IMG/VR virus record: IMGVR_UViG_3300023049_000005
Span: 206,757 to 270,756 of that record
Length of the DNA: 64,000 bases
Strand: one strand, 5' to 3'
Shown here: one piece after another, positions 19,189-30,000 of the stretch
Position numbering within the stretch: position 1 is the stretch's first letter
How the letters are laid out: every line of letters begins with the position of its first letter
The notes under the pieces: generated by a model
Database searches by the model: none
The model's input: only the letters and a program-made list of their open reading frames with translations
Told to the model about the DNA's origin: nothing
Program-made: the position numbers and the translations under genes

Positions 19189-19992
19189 TTAGCGTTTAAC
19201 CATAAAGAAAAAATCCGAATTTGGCATACCTTTAACGGTTTCTTCTGCTTTTTCTTTCATGTTTCTTCCTTCATCTAGCATCATTTGAGAGTTATAGCTA
19301 CTGTTGCCAGGAAGTTTGAAGTCATATCTACCTACCATTTCACCGATCTTCATCTTACACATACCAATAACATATTCTATGAATAAAGGATCTGCGTACA
19401 AATGCTCAGGTTCTATATTGGAATAACATTCTGCAATTAAGTCATCTTTAACATTTGTTAAAATAGCTAAACGGTTCGCCATTTGGTTATAATCATATTT
19501 TACTGTGAAAAGGTTTAAGTGATCTAACATATCAGAGAAGTTATCAAGGACTGTCTTATATACCCCCAATTCCCCTATTGTCGTTACATATGACGAAAGA
19601 TATGGTTGGTTACTAACACCTAAGTTAATACTTAAATTTGGTGCGTTTAAACCTAATTGAAATAAAGAATCTCTGTTTATTTTAAATAACCACGTAACTG
19701 ATTGTATCTCAGCAGGTAAATAGATATACTTATCTCTAGTAAACTCTCTTGTTTCCATTAGGTTTCTATCGATATAATAATATCCTTGTTGTACTGCGTA
19801 TCTGTAATTTTGGTAAAACCACGGCTGAGCTTGTGTAACTATTACACGTTTAATAGTTCTGATAGGGAGTAATTGTGGTAAAGCACAATCAAATGTTAAT
19901 TCACTGTTTACTAGGTCTACTAATTCTTCAATAGTATACGCTTTGCTGAATCCTCCTTCTAGATTCCTTGGTGATTGATTATTATAACTCAT
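19189..19992 (-). CDS. Neck protein, T4 gp13-like
   Basis: EELVDLV N-terminus and C-terminal GRYDFKLPGNSSYNSQMMLDEG..KEKAEE pattern; late promoter at 19997-20005. Confidence 0.65.
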   Translation of the reverse strand: MSYNNQSPRNLEGGFSKAYTIEELVDLVNSELTFDCALPQLLPIRTIKRVIVTQAQPWFYQNYRYAVQQGYYYIDRNLMETREFTRDKYIYLPAEIQSVTWLFKINRDSLFQLGLNAPNLSINLGVSNQPYLSSYVTTIGELGVYKTVLDNFSDMLDHLNLFTVKYDYNQMANRLAILTNVKDDLIAECYSNIEPEHLYADPLFIEYVIGMCKMKIGEMVGRYDFKLPGNSSYNSQMMLDEGRNMKEKAEETVKGMPNSDFFFMVKR

Positions 19993-20022
19993 ATACTATA
20001 TATTAAAGTTATATTTTTATAT

Positions 20023-20850
20023 CTATCCCCAATAAGATCCACCCTCTGCCATGTGTGCTTTATCGTGCTTTTCTTCTGCTTTAGGATACACCCAATGTTC
20101 GTTATATAGTTTAGAAATTATACCATGTCCGTCCCATCTCTTTCCTTTTATACCAAAAAGAATTTGTACACCACCGCCTATATAAATGGCACTTTTATTC
20201 AGTTCTGTCTTAATAAAATTAACAAGTGGTAGCCCATATGCACCACACCCCACTAAAGCGATATCAAAGTCATATTTACTAATATCGTCCTTCATTATGT
20301 TGAGTGATTCGATCCAATCCGAGTGAGGTCCTTCACCACCGATGCTCTGTACGCTTTGGTAACACATTAGATCAAACTCAGGTAATATTTTTTTATTCTG
20401 AAACAGGTTTTCTCTTTTCTTATATTGTTCTTCGATACTTTTCTTAAAAGGGTGTATAATAAGAACTTTCTTTCCTTTTAATTCTTCTGACCAAGGATTA
20501 TCAAAATAAAATGGTTCGAGACTTCTATTATGTACCCTAATACTGTTAGGAGAATATTTATCAAATAAATGAGTCTGTGCTTTATTTATAAGCGGGTTAT
20601 TCCATTCTATTTGTATATCAGCACAAGCTATACCTTTGGTGTATTCTTTATGGAATTGTGGTACACAATCTCCATAGAACCCCGCAACTATTCTATTCAT
20701 GTGATCTACATTGGGTGTTATAGGTTGACCTATATCTGTTAAATATGCGGTTAATGTTTCACCGCCTATACCGACTCTAGATACAGCGAATGGATCGCCT
20801 TGTTCTATGAGTTCTTTTATTTTATCGTTTCCTTCTTGTTCATTTAGCAT
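20023..20850 (-). CDS. Putative glycosyltransferase-like (GT-D-fold-like) protein
   Basis: SRVGIGGE, KKVLIIHPF, FDIALVGCGAYGLPL, AIYIGGGVQILFGIKGKRW. AAAC-N17-TATAAT at 20858-20884. Confidence 0.5.
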   Translation of the reverse strand: MLNEQEGNDKIKELIEQGDPFAVSRVGIGGETLTAYLTDIGQPITPNVDHMNRIVAGFYGDCVPQFHKEYTKGIACADIQIEWNNPLINKAQTHLFDKYSPNSIRVHNRSLEPFYFDNPWSEELKGKKVLIIHPFKKSIEEQYKKRENLFQNKKILPEFDLMCYQSVQSIGGEGPHSDWIESLNIMKDDISKYDFDIALVGCGAYGLPLVNFIKTELNKSAIYIGGGVQILFGIKGKRWDGHGIISKLYNEHWVYPKAEEKHDKAHMAEGGSYWG

Positions 20851-20887
20851 AATAAAAATTATATCAAAAAAGTAAAAAAAGTTTATA

Positions 20888-21202
20888 TTATCCTCTAGGG
20901 AATTTATCTTTATATATCCAAGGAAACTCCTTTTTGAGTTCTTCCTTTTCCCTTTCTCTGTATTCGTTTAATTTCTTTTTCACTTCATCGCTATCAGTAG
21001 TATCTAATACTTCAACTACCTCAACATTTTTTACTGATATAGATCTCCAATATGACCCATCTGTTAAATATACCCTAGTATCATTTTTTAACCAATGTGT
21101 AGGAACTGCAAAATGATCATGTATAAATCCTGTTATCGGAATCTTTCTTCTGATGATAGATGTTGATCCACTGAAATTTTCTAATAGTTTAATGTATTTC
21201 AT
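20888..21202 (-). CDS. Small tagged protein (MKYIKLLENFS)
   Basis: Late promoter at 21207-21215. Confidence 0.7.
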   Translation of the reverse strand: MKYIKLLENFSGSTSIIRRKIPITGFIHDHFAVPTHWLKNDTRVYLTDGSYWRSISVKNVEVVEVLDTTDSDEVKKKLNEYREREKEELKKEFPWIYKDKFPRG

Positions 21203-21212
21203 AACTTATATA

Positions 21213-21491
21213 TTAGTGATTAGGGTGTAATTTATAGATTATCTTTTCTAATTCTTCTTGTGTTAAAGCTATAGCCTTAGCTCCTGTTTTTTGTTCAATT
21301 TCATCTACTGTATCATTTACACCATAAATAAAATCTTCTTCATCATCAAATTCATCTCTATGTACTTCTTCTACGCCTACTCTTTTGTCTACATCTGTAA
21401 TTTCTTTACCCAAGTTATATAATACGTAGAATACTTCATTTGATTCTTCATCTGTGTTTTCTGTTATAAATTTATCAAATTTCTTAACCAC
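21213..21491 (-). CDS. Small acidic tagged protein (MVKKFDKFITEN)
   Basis: Bidirectional TAATATATATTA at 21507-21518. Confidence 0.65.
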   Translation of the reverse strand: MVKKFDKFITENTDEESNEVFYVLYNLGKEITDVDKRVGVEEVHRDEFDDEEDFIYGVNDTVDEIEQKTGAKAIALTQEELEKIIYKLHPNH

Positions 21492-21536
21492 AATAGTTCT
21501 CTTTTTTAATATATATTAAAAACCAAATACTATTAA

Positions 21537-22376
21537 ATGATTACAGTAAAGGTATTAACTGCAGACGAATTCCGTGAGATAACTAAAGAGAAAGATAGAA
21601 TAAGATATTTCGATTATGCTGATCTATCTAGGAAAAAGAAAAAACACTTCATTACTCTTTTAGATAATAATAAAATAATAGGTGTTTGTCATATAGCAGA
21701 GTTTGAATATGATACTGATTCGGATATGTCTATTGTTTATTTTTCGATAGATCCTGAATATAGAGGAAAGGGATATACTACTTTAATGGCTGATAAGTTA
21801 ATGGAACTTTGCAAAAAAGAAAATATTGTATTGGGAACATCTTCTTGGACAGTGCCTGGTTTTAACAGACTGAGATCTACTATACAAAAATATGCAAATA
21901 AACATAGAGTTAAATTTGTAGATAATAATGAGTTGTTTGATAGACCTTGGATGTATAATTCTAAAATGAAACACACACGAGATATGACCGAAGAAGAAAA
22001 GAAAGAATATGAGAAGTTAAGGAAACTTAAATACGTAAAATCATTTAATATTTTTGATTATAATACAGGATTGTATAAGATATATGCTACACAAACAGAT
22101 TTCGATTTCAATAAAGTAGATTATTTCTATGATATAATAGATAAAGGAGAATATAGGTTCTTTTCTAATGAAGGGAAGATAGCGGGTTATTTTGTTAACA
22201 ACAAGTATTATATTTCAGAAGGACACCACAGAATGTTAGCTGCGTTAAAATATTGGAAGAAACATAATGATTATTCGGTTGTAGATAAACTGATCAAGAA
22301 TGGTCTTATCACACCAAAAGATAAAGTGCCTAATAACTTCTATAAAAAATTTCCTATTAAGAAGCTTTTTTCATAA
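21537..22376 (+). CDS. GNAT acetyltransferase fused to ParB-like domain
   Basis: IDPEYRGKGYTT acetyl-CoA motif, then internal KLKYVKSFNIF tag, then ISEGHHRMLA. Confidence 0.7.
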   Translation: MITVKVLTADEFREITKEKDRIRYFDYADLSRKKKKHFITLLDNNKIIGVCHIAEFEYDTDSDMSIVYFSIDPEYRGKGYTTLMADKLMELCKKENIVLGTSSWTVPGFNRLRSTIQKYANKHRVKFVDNNELFDRPWMYNSKMKHTRDMTEEEKKEYEKLRKLKYVKSFNIFDYNTGLYKIYATQTDFDFNKVDYFYDIIDKGEYRFFSNEGKIAGYFVNNKYYISEGHHRMLAALKYWKKHNDYSVVDKLIKNGLITPKDKVPNNFYKKFPIKKLFS

Positions 22377-22404
22377 TACAAATATAAGAAATAATATATA
22401 AGGT

Positions 22405-22662
22405 ATGAAGAATTTTAAAGAGCTTAAAAAAATAGAAGACCCAAAAAATACTTTATTTTTTATGAGGTCAAGACCATTAGGATATAATACAGATGGACAA
22501 AGTTATGATAACACTTTCGAAACTATTATGGCATTAGCCAATTATAATATTGAAACATACCCATTGGCTAAAGATGATGAAATTGTATCAGGTGATATAA
22601 AAGAAGCCTTCATGTTTATGGGGAAAGGTAGTTCAGGAAGATTTATATTAAAAAACATTTAA
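22405..22662 (+). CDS. Hypothetical protein
   Basis: TAATATATA at 22392-22400; begins MKNFKEL. Confidence 0.6.
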   Translation: MKNFKELKKIEDPKNTLFFMRSRPLGYNTDGQSYDNTFETIMALANYNIETYPLAKDDEIVSGDIKEAFMFMGKGSSGRFILKNI

Positions 22663-22665
22663 GAC

Positions 22666-22728
22666 ACGACCACAATTAGGACCGTTGTCGTTATAGAAAC
22701 CACTTATGTTCGCTACGTAAGTGGTTTC
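22666..22728. other. GC-rich double-hairpin intergenic element between convergent genes (terminator or structured RNA)
   Basis: ACGAC...GTCGT stem plus GAAACCACTTATGT-TCGCT-ACGTAAGTGGTTTC stem. Confidence 0.55.
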
Positions 22729-22732
22729 ACCT

Positions 22733-23038
22733 TTAATTCAATTTAGTTATTTCACCGTGGTTATCGTAAATGAATTTATACTTTTCTGCAATTGAATAAG
22801 AACAAGTATAATTAGTGTACACCTTATCTTCCTTTACTGCTTTTTGGATATCTTCTAAAGACGCTTGACCAAATTCATCAGAACTACCATAAAAAGTGAA
22901 TGTTTTATCTTCTAATTTAAACCAACCACCACCCTGTACTTTATCTTTCTCAGTAACTAATTCATTATGATAGATACATCTTGAAAGGATTAAATTTCCT
23001 TCTTCTATAATAAATTTGGGGTTTAATTCTTCTATCAT
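22733..23038 (-). CDS. Hypothetical protein
   Basis: 101 aa with YHNEL, GGGWF and YGSSDEFG motifs. Confidence 0.7.
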   Translation of the reverse strand: MIEELNPKFIIEEGNLILSRCIYHNELVTEKDKVQGGGWFKLEDKTFTFYGSSDEFGQASLEDIQKAVKEDKVYTNYTCSYSIAEKYKFIYDNHGEITKLN

Positions 23039-23313
23039 ACACCTAAATCTTCTATGAATTCATCACGACTCATCGCTTTTTTATAGGTATCGTATCCTGG
23101 AATTAAGGGAAAGTCTACATAGGTATAAACCTCTTTATACTTTGTTCCAAAGAAGTCATATATACGTATTCTACGCAAATCAACCTTTCCTTTTTTCATA
23201 GCAAAAAGAATTTTCAATACCTTATCATATGACTTCACATGATGTTTCTCTTGATGTTCTTTACCATCTTTGTCTTTGTAGATAAATACTGCGTCAAAAA
23301 ATTTAGTTTCCAT
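23035..23313 (-). CDS. Hypothetical protein with C-terminal RDxxIxxLG tag
   Basis: Ends AMSRDEFIEDLGV; minus-strand TATATTTG at 23333-23340. Confidence 0.65.
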   Translation of the reverse strand: METKFFDAVFIYKDKDGKEHQEKHHVKSYDKVLKILFAMKKGKVDLRRIRIYDFFGTKYKEVYTYVDFPLIPGYDTYKKAMSRDEFIEDLGV

Positions 23314-23358
23314 ATCGTTTTAGTTTGTTTTACAAATATAATAATAAATATATAGAGT

Positions 23359-25788
23359 ATGAAATTTATTTTACAGAAAGAAAATTTACAACAAGCAAGA
23401 AGTATATTAAAAAAATTAGATATCACAGAAGATGATGTTAGATTCAAAGACCTCAAAGAATATTACGAAGAAAGATTAGGTAATAATTGGGGGTATTTTG
23501 GTTTCTTAACTAATCTTATTTTTAAACAAGGTGAGCATTTAAGTTCAGTTAAAAAGTTAATAGATTTCATTGTTGATGATAAAGATATCATAAAGAGTTT
23601 ACCAAAAAACATAATTAAATATACTAGTATAGAAAAGATATCAGATGATATTACTATACAATTGGAATGGAGAAAATACAGACAAGAATTCGTCAATGAA
23701 CTTTCGGGTAAAATAAAAACACTAGCTAAAAAAGATGAAGATCTTAAAAACGAATACATTAATAGTGATGAAAATACTAAGAAAGATATTTTACAAAATT
23801 TCATTCCTAAAATAGCTAGATATACGGACTATAGAAAATTTAAATCAGATCTAAAATCATTTTTGAATAAAACAGATGATATCGAAACCATTATTAAAGA
23901 TATTAAGAATCAAGAACACGCATATTTAGTATACAACGAAAATAATGTTGTTATAGCGGAAATATATAAATATGAAGCATCTTGTAAATTAGGATCTAAA
24001 GCATGGTGTATATCTACGGAAAAATTCCATTGGAATGATTATGTCAGTGGTATGAATAAACAATATTTTATTTGGAATTTAAATGTTCCTAAATCAAGTA
24101 ATGAAAGTCAAGTAGGTGTTACAATAAAGGAAGATGGTACAGTAAGAACTGCTCATTATAAAAATGACAAAAGAGCATCTATTGAATTATATTTAACTAA
24201 ATATAATATACCCACCGAAGTACTTACTCCTATTGATATAAATAAAGATTTTAGTAAATTAGAAAAAGCAGACCGTTTAGATGAAGGCGTATTCACTAAT
24301 CTGATAAAAAGTGATAACAAAGAACTTATTAAAAAATATTACGATATTATACCAAATAGATTAAAGATTAAATATAATTTATATAATGAAGAAGAATTAA
24401 GTAAAATGAATTTATCTGATACTACTAAAGAAGTACTTAGTTCGGATAACAGTAAGATTAAAAGAATAGTTAATTATCTAAGTCTTGAAGAAATTCTTAA
24501 TTCTGAGGAAAGAAAATTCGTCGATAAGATGACATTCGTCGATAAAATATATTTTCTTAAAAAAGCGATGACACTTAATTTAGACTACGGTAGTGATTTC
24601 CATGAATCTAATATAACAGAAAAGTTGTTTCCTAATACTGATGTATATACCATAGACTTTGATGAAGAATTAATTTATGTTAAAGGGGAGGAGAAAGATC
24701 AATTTTTTGATGAATTTCTTGGTATGTATACTGAGACATACCATCATTTAAATTCTATCACTACACATAGTAGTATGTATAGTGATACAGAGGAAATTAA
24801 TTTTTGTTATAATGCTCTAACGTCTGACCAAGGGTTAGAATTTATGGAAGTTTTAGAGTTCTTAGAAAAGAATTCATACCACGAAAAACTAAAAGAATAT
24901 TTCACAAAATTTATTAAGACGTATACTGATAATAATGGGATTGAATATTATGACGTTGAATCATTTTTCTTAAAAGTAGGTTTAAAAGAAGTGTTCGAAG
25001 TATTAGAATTATGTTCTAGTGCAATAGAAGAAGGCGCAGATCAATATATCTCAGAAGATATGCAATTATTTTCTGACCTAGAAAATAAGTTTGATTTTGA
25101 TAGTTTTAATATCGGAATAGGTATTCCAATAGATTTAATTATTGATTCATTTGATGATAAGGAATTAACAGACGAAGGTTTTGATTATGATAATTGGGTT
25201 AATAACACTCCGTTATCTAATCAAGTTCCTGCATTTAATTCAGAAGAGGGAACTTATGAATATTATAGTATGGCTCAAGTATCAGAAGAATATAAAGAAA
25301 AAATTGATAATCAATTAGAAAAATTAACAAGTGATCTTGAATTTGAATTAGCTGAATTTTTAGAAATGAATAACGAAAAAGTACATAATGCTTTAATTGA
25401 CAATGGATATGTTGGTGATACAGAAAGTGGTTGGCAATATGAAGAATTCTTTTTTTATAGAAAAACCAAAGGTGATATAGTTAGTATCATACCAATAGAA
25501 AGTATCATAGAAAACGGTAATGCCGTAATGTACATAATGGAAACTAAAGTTTTTAAGGAAGAATTACGCATTCTTAAAAATATAAATATAGTTACTGATG
25601 GTAGTGAGGAAAAACCAAATAGATGGGGGAGTAGTGAAAAAGAGCTTAATAGTAAAAACATCAATGTTAAACAGATTAACATCTTTGATCGCTTTGAAGA
25701 AAGAACTAAAGACCCTAACCAACTTAGTCTATTTGAAGAAAAGTTAATAATTAATTTCAAAAAGTTTAAACAAAGGAAGAGTATTTAA
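23359..25788 (+). CDS. Large protein with CxLGSxxWCI module (paralog 2 of 3); C-terminal QLSLF
   Basis: ASCKLGSKAWCIS...QYFIWN...SQVGVT...AHYKND; AAATATATAG promoter-like motif upstream. Confidence 0.75.
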   Translation: MKFILQKENLQQARSILKKLDITEDDVRFKDLKEYYEERLGNNWGYFGFLTNLIFKQGEHLSSVKKLIDFIVDDKDIIKSLPKNIIKYTSIEKISDDITIQLEWRKYRQEFVNELSGKIKTLAKKDEDLKNEYINSDENTKKDILQNFIPKIARYTDYRKFKSDLKSFLNKTDDIETIIKDIKNQEHAYLVYNENNVVIAEIYKYEASCKLGSKAWCISTEKFHWNDYVSGMNKQYFIWNLNVPKSSNESQVGVTIKEDGTVRTAHYKNDKRASIELYLTKYNIPTEVLTPIDINKDFSKLEKADRLDEGVFTNLIKSDNKELIKKYYDIIPNRLKIKYNLYNEEELSKMNLSDTTKEVLSSDNSKIKRIVNYLSLEEILNSEERKFVDKMTFVDKIYFLKKAMTLNLDYGSDFHESNITEKLFPNTDVYTIDFDEELIYVKGEEKDQFFDEFLGMYTETYHHLNSITTHSSMYSDTEEINFCYNALTSDQGLEFMEVLEFLEKNSYHEKLKEYFTKFIKTYTDNNGIEYYDVESFFLKVGLKEVFEVLELCSSAIEEGADQYISEDMQLFSDLENKFDFDSFNIGIGIPIDLIIDSFDDKELTDEGFDYDNWVNNTPLSNQVPAFNSEEGTYEYYSMAQVSEEYKEKIDNQLEKLTSDLEFELAEFLEMNNEKVHNALIDNGYVGDTESGWQYEEFFFYRKTKGDIVSIIPIESIIENGNAVMYIMETKVFKEELRILKNINIVTDGSEEKPNRWGSSEKELNSKNINVKQINIFDRFEERTKDPNQLSLFEEKLIINFKKFKQRKSI

Positions 25789-25816
25789 ATATATTAACAA
25801 AAGATTTCTTCCCTTA

Positions 25817-27043
25817 ATGAAATTAGAGACCAAGGACAAAGACCTATTAAAAACATTCGAGAAATACAGTAAAAGAATTAAGAAAATCGATAAGCTTAAA
25901 TTATGTACTTATCAGACCATACTTGATATAATAGGCGATAAAAGTAAAATAAAATATGGAGATATCTTTCTTAAAAAAGATTACCTCATTGATCTAGTTA
26001 ATACTATTATTTATAAGACTTATGACAAAAAAGATAAAGTTGTTAGACTATCTTCTGTGTATTTAAGAAAAAAATATGGGAAACATTCGAGTAAATATAC
26101 TAAATATTTAAAAGAAAAAAAGATAATAAATCATCCTAGTAATTATTTAGTAGGTAAACAATGTAATGGATATCAATTACATTTCTCTATTATAGAGAGC
26201 AAATCGGTTTTATATACTAGTTATGATAAAACACTAATCGAAAAAACAAAGAAACGAAAGATCCAAGAGTTCATAGAATCAGTTAATTATAATTATATAT
26301 CAGATAAAGTAATAAGACACGTAATCGATAGTTTCGAACACGTTGAATTAGAATACAATGGTGCATTACATTATCTGAATGAAAATGTCAAAGGAAATAA
26401 ACTGACAAAAAACTTAGTACATCTTCATATGATAGATGAAAAATTAGGTTGGTTTTCAATAGACGAAAACCAAAGGTGTCACACTCCGTTTACTACATTA
26501 AAATCAGAAGTTAGGGATAGTTATTTAACAATAGAGGGGGAAGAAACCAAAGAGATAGATATTTCTAATAGTCAACCTTTCTTTTTAACTATATTAGTTA
26601 AGAAACATTTAAAGGAATTAAAATGGATAGATCGAGATGAGTATAGTATATTTAAAAATTTAGTTAAGTCGGGTAAATATTATCGATTTTTCGAAGAATA
26701 TGCACATGGGGGAAATGTTAAGACAAAAACATTTAAAGTGTTCTTCGGTAAAAATGAATATAAGACTAAGGTTGAGAATAAATTTGAACAGACTTTCCCT
26801 ACTATATACAAATTTATACTTTGGTATAAAGAAAAAGAAAAGAGATATCAAGCATTAGCTAAAGAACTACAAAGGAGTGAATCTAATTTCATATTTAACG
26901 ATGTCTTAGAAGAAGTAGTTAATTCTTTCCCAAACATAAGGTTTTTCACAGTACATGATTCGATAGTAGTCAGAGAATCGAAATATGATGAGGTAAAGGA
27001 AATATTTGATAAACATATTGATAGAATTCACCAAAAATTGTAG
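25817..27043 (+). CDS. Small PolA/T7-RNAP-superfamily polymerase (TV-Pol-like)
   Basis: RCHTPFTTL..R, motif A-like EIDISNSQP, motif B-like KTKTFKVFFG, LQRSES, motif C-like FTVHDS. Confidence 0.6.
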   Translation: MKLETKDKDLLKTFEKYSKRIKKIDKLKLCTYQTILDIIGDKSKIKYGDIFLKKDYLIDLVNTIIYKTYDKKDKVVRLSSVYLRKKYGKHSSKYTKYLKEKKIINHPSNYLVGKQCNGYQLHFSIIESKSVLYTSYDKTLIEKTKKRKIQEFIESVNYNYISDKVIRHVIDSFEHVELEYNGALHYLNENVKGNKLTKNLVHLHMIDEKLGWFSIDENQRCHTPFTTLKSEVRDSYLTIEGEETKEIDISNSQPFFLTILVKKHLKELKWIDRDEYSIFKNLVKSGKYYRFFEEYAHGGNVKTKTFKVFFGKNEYKTKVENKFEQTFPTIYKFILWYKEKEKRYQALAKELQRSESNFIFNDVLEEVVNSFPNIRFFTVHDSIVVRESKYDEVKEIFDKHIDRIHQKL

Positions 27044-27088
27044 TTGACATACTTACTTATTTAATATATAATTAAAATCGGATATTAA

Positions 27089-30000
27089 ATGAGTAACAGT
27101 ATTCAAGAAACATATAGTTCAGCACTAGTAAACTATTCAGAGCCTAGAACAATTAACGGTGTACATTACACGAGGTTTTACACAGAATTCAACACTGAAT
27201 TGTCTGTAGGTGATTTCGTGTATATCTTAAATGGTAATTATGATAATACTGATTTACTTAACATCAACGAATATCAACAAGGAACAACGGGCTATGAAGT
27301 ATTAGAGATCGATAGAAATTCGATAACTTTAGATATCTTATATAGAGATGAAGATCCGTGGAACGAAGACCCATTCGCTGATTATACTAAAGTATATTTA
27401 GTTGATAATATCCAAAAATTTAATTATGAAAATATAGATAACTCGTTTGGTTTCGAAGGTCAAAGTGGGGATAAATACAGTATATTTAATAACAATGTTT
27501 TCTTATCTCAAATAGAGGATATGGAATATACCCAAGAAACAGGAACTAACCAAAGATTTTTTAAGTCTTTCTTTGATCCCGAACGTACTTTAGGTATGGT
27601 CGATATGAGAGGACAATTATTTAATGATTCCACGGAATTAAAATTCGATCTAGAAGAACTAACCGAATATAGTTTAGTTGAGCCTAACGGGGCATCAGGT
27701 AGTACATATGCTAGGTTTTCTAGTGGGCAGAATAATATAAGAGATTTTGATATAGTAACACAAGTTGATTATAGTACAGATGAAATAATAGAGAGATTAA
27801 TATCACTTAACTCATCTAATTCAGCTACTAATACAGTCAATTTATGGACACTTAATAAAAACACATTAGATGGTATAGGTGATGTTACACTAAGAAATAG
27901 TTTAAATACAGAAGATGTGAGTGCTAATATAGTATCCCCTTTTATTAAAAAAGACGGATTGGGGGCATTTTCGGGTAGTCTTATTGATATTAGATTACCG
28001 AAATATTCAGGTAGTACATATAATTATATAAGTTCTCAATCAGGGGGTGCTATATTAGGTAATACTTCAAGAACTTATACACTTAGAGATATAAATCAAA
28101 CAGTAATAGTGGGATATGATGATCCTACTTTTGAAAACAATTATAGAGCATTTGGTTTTTATAATTCTTCGGATCTATTGTCTGATAAATTTATATCACC
28201 TGATTCACAGGATGATAGTTGGACAATTGCTAACGGTCAGGGATATATAGACGGTAATACACAGTCTACTCCATATTTTGCTTTGTCGTCAGGTTTAACA
28301 GGGTCTTATAATTATACAGGCGACTTTGTTTTCCCACAACGACAAATTGGAGGATTTAGGGTATATGGAAATATAGTACCACCATACGCAGAATATAGTG
28401 GTATAGGTAGAGCAGTTCAAATAGAAACAAATACGTGGAATAATTCAGTAGAGGATTCTACACACCATGAGTTAGTTTTTGCGGGAACAGGACTTACATC
28501 ATCAGTCGATCCATTACAAGGAGGTGCTTATTTTTATTCATATGGAGGCGTTTGGCGTGATTATGATAGTATCTATAATGGTAATAAAATGTTAGGTAAT
28601 GCGTTTGAGCTTTCTAAAACAACTTTTGATGAATATAAAACAGGGAGTTGGTCACAGTCTAGTTTTAACCCATTTGGTGATTTTGATGATTACCCGTTCG
28701 CAGATTTAAAAGATATTAAATTCTTAGGATACGAGAAGAAAGATTTTGGATTAAATATCTATTATGATAGTGCAGGTACACCTGTTAATACGTTTTCGGC
28801 TCTTACTTTTGCTTTACCTACTTTCGGTGGTATTGGTGGTGGTGAAACTTTTGCTTTACCATCGGAATTCGAATCTAATGGAGTATATTATTCTAGGTAC
28901 TTAGTAATTACTGAAAGTGGTACTTCTTATATAATAAATTTATTATTTAACAGTGTTCTTTTAGCGGTAAATACTGATTTCTTAACTGATATGCAGAATG
29001 GATTACCACAAGTACATGTAGTAATACAAGAAATAGACACTGATCTTAGCCAACCAACAGAAATCGGAGTGCAAAGGAATTTAAACGTTTTTGATTTCCC
29101 TGAATTAATAGGGGGGGATTATCCAATTGTGTCTATATACGGAACACATTCTTATTATGATCCTATAAGCGGAACATTTTCGGGGTTTGACTTTAGTGAT
29201 ATTAATATAAGTACTATTGATTTTAGTGACCAAAGATGGCTAATAGGTAGCTCTGAACTAAGCCCAAGGTTAAGTAATTCTTCTCTTTTATCAACAGATG
29301 CAAACCAAGGTGTTTATGTTTTTGATAGATCAATAAATGATACTACTTATGAGTTTAGTATAACAACAACTACTGAATTTGATACAGGTGATACTTTACC
29401 TTCAAACAAAATATATAAAATATTAGGAGAGGTTATAAATAATAAGAGAAGAGTTTGGGTAGCTACGAACACAGGTCTATTTATGTTTGATTATGATCTA
29501 GCATATACTTTTGATTATTATTTTAGAGTAAATTTTGATGATAATGAAATAGAACTAGATGAATCATTATATAAGAATGACAGACTTTATGTGATGGAAG
29601 AATTCACGTATGATGGAAGATTATTCGAAAAAGATAAAATATATCGTCATTTAAAAGACGAAAAAAGATGGGTAAGGGATACTACATACGAAAGATCGTA
29701 TTTAACTAAAGCTCACATGAAAGATGGTACTATATTAGAAGGTGTCTTCAATGATGGTATCTTCGGTAATAAAAACACTGTTGCAAATTGGGAAGGGGCT
29801 ACTTGGAGAAATGGGATAGTTTATAATGTGGATTGGGATAGTGGTACAATGAGTTCTAAATCTGATATTATATTAAGACAAAATTATTATGCTACGTTAG
29901 ATAATAGCAAAGTTAAGATAAGTACTGATTTTACTAACAATGAAGGATATGGTTATAATTTAGTTAATTTCTCTACACTTAAAACGGGTGATGTCTTAAA

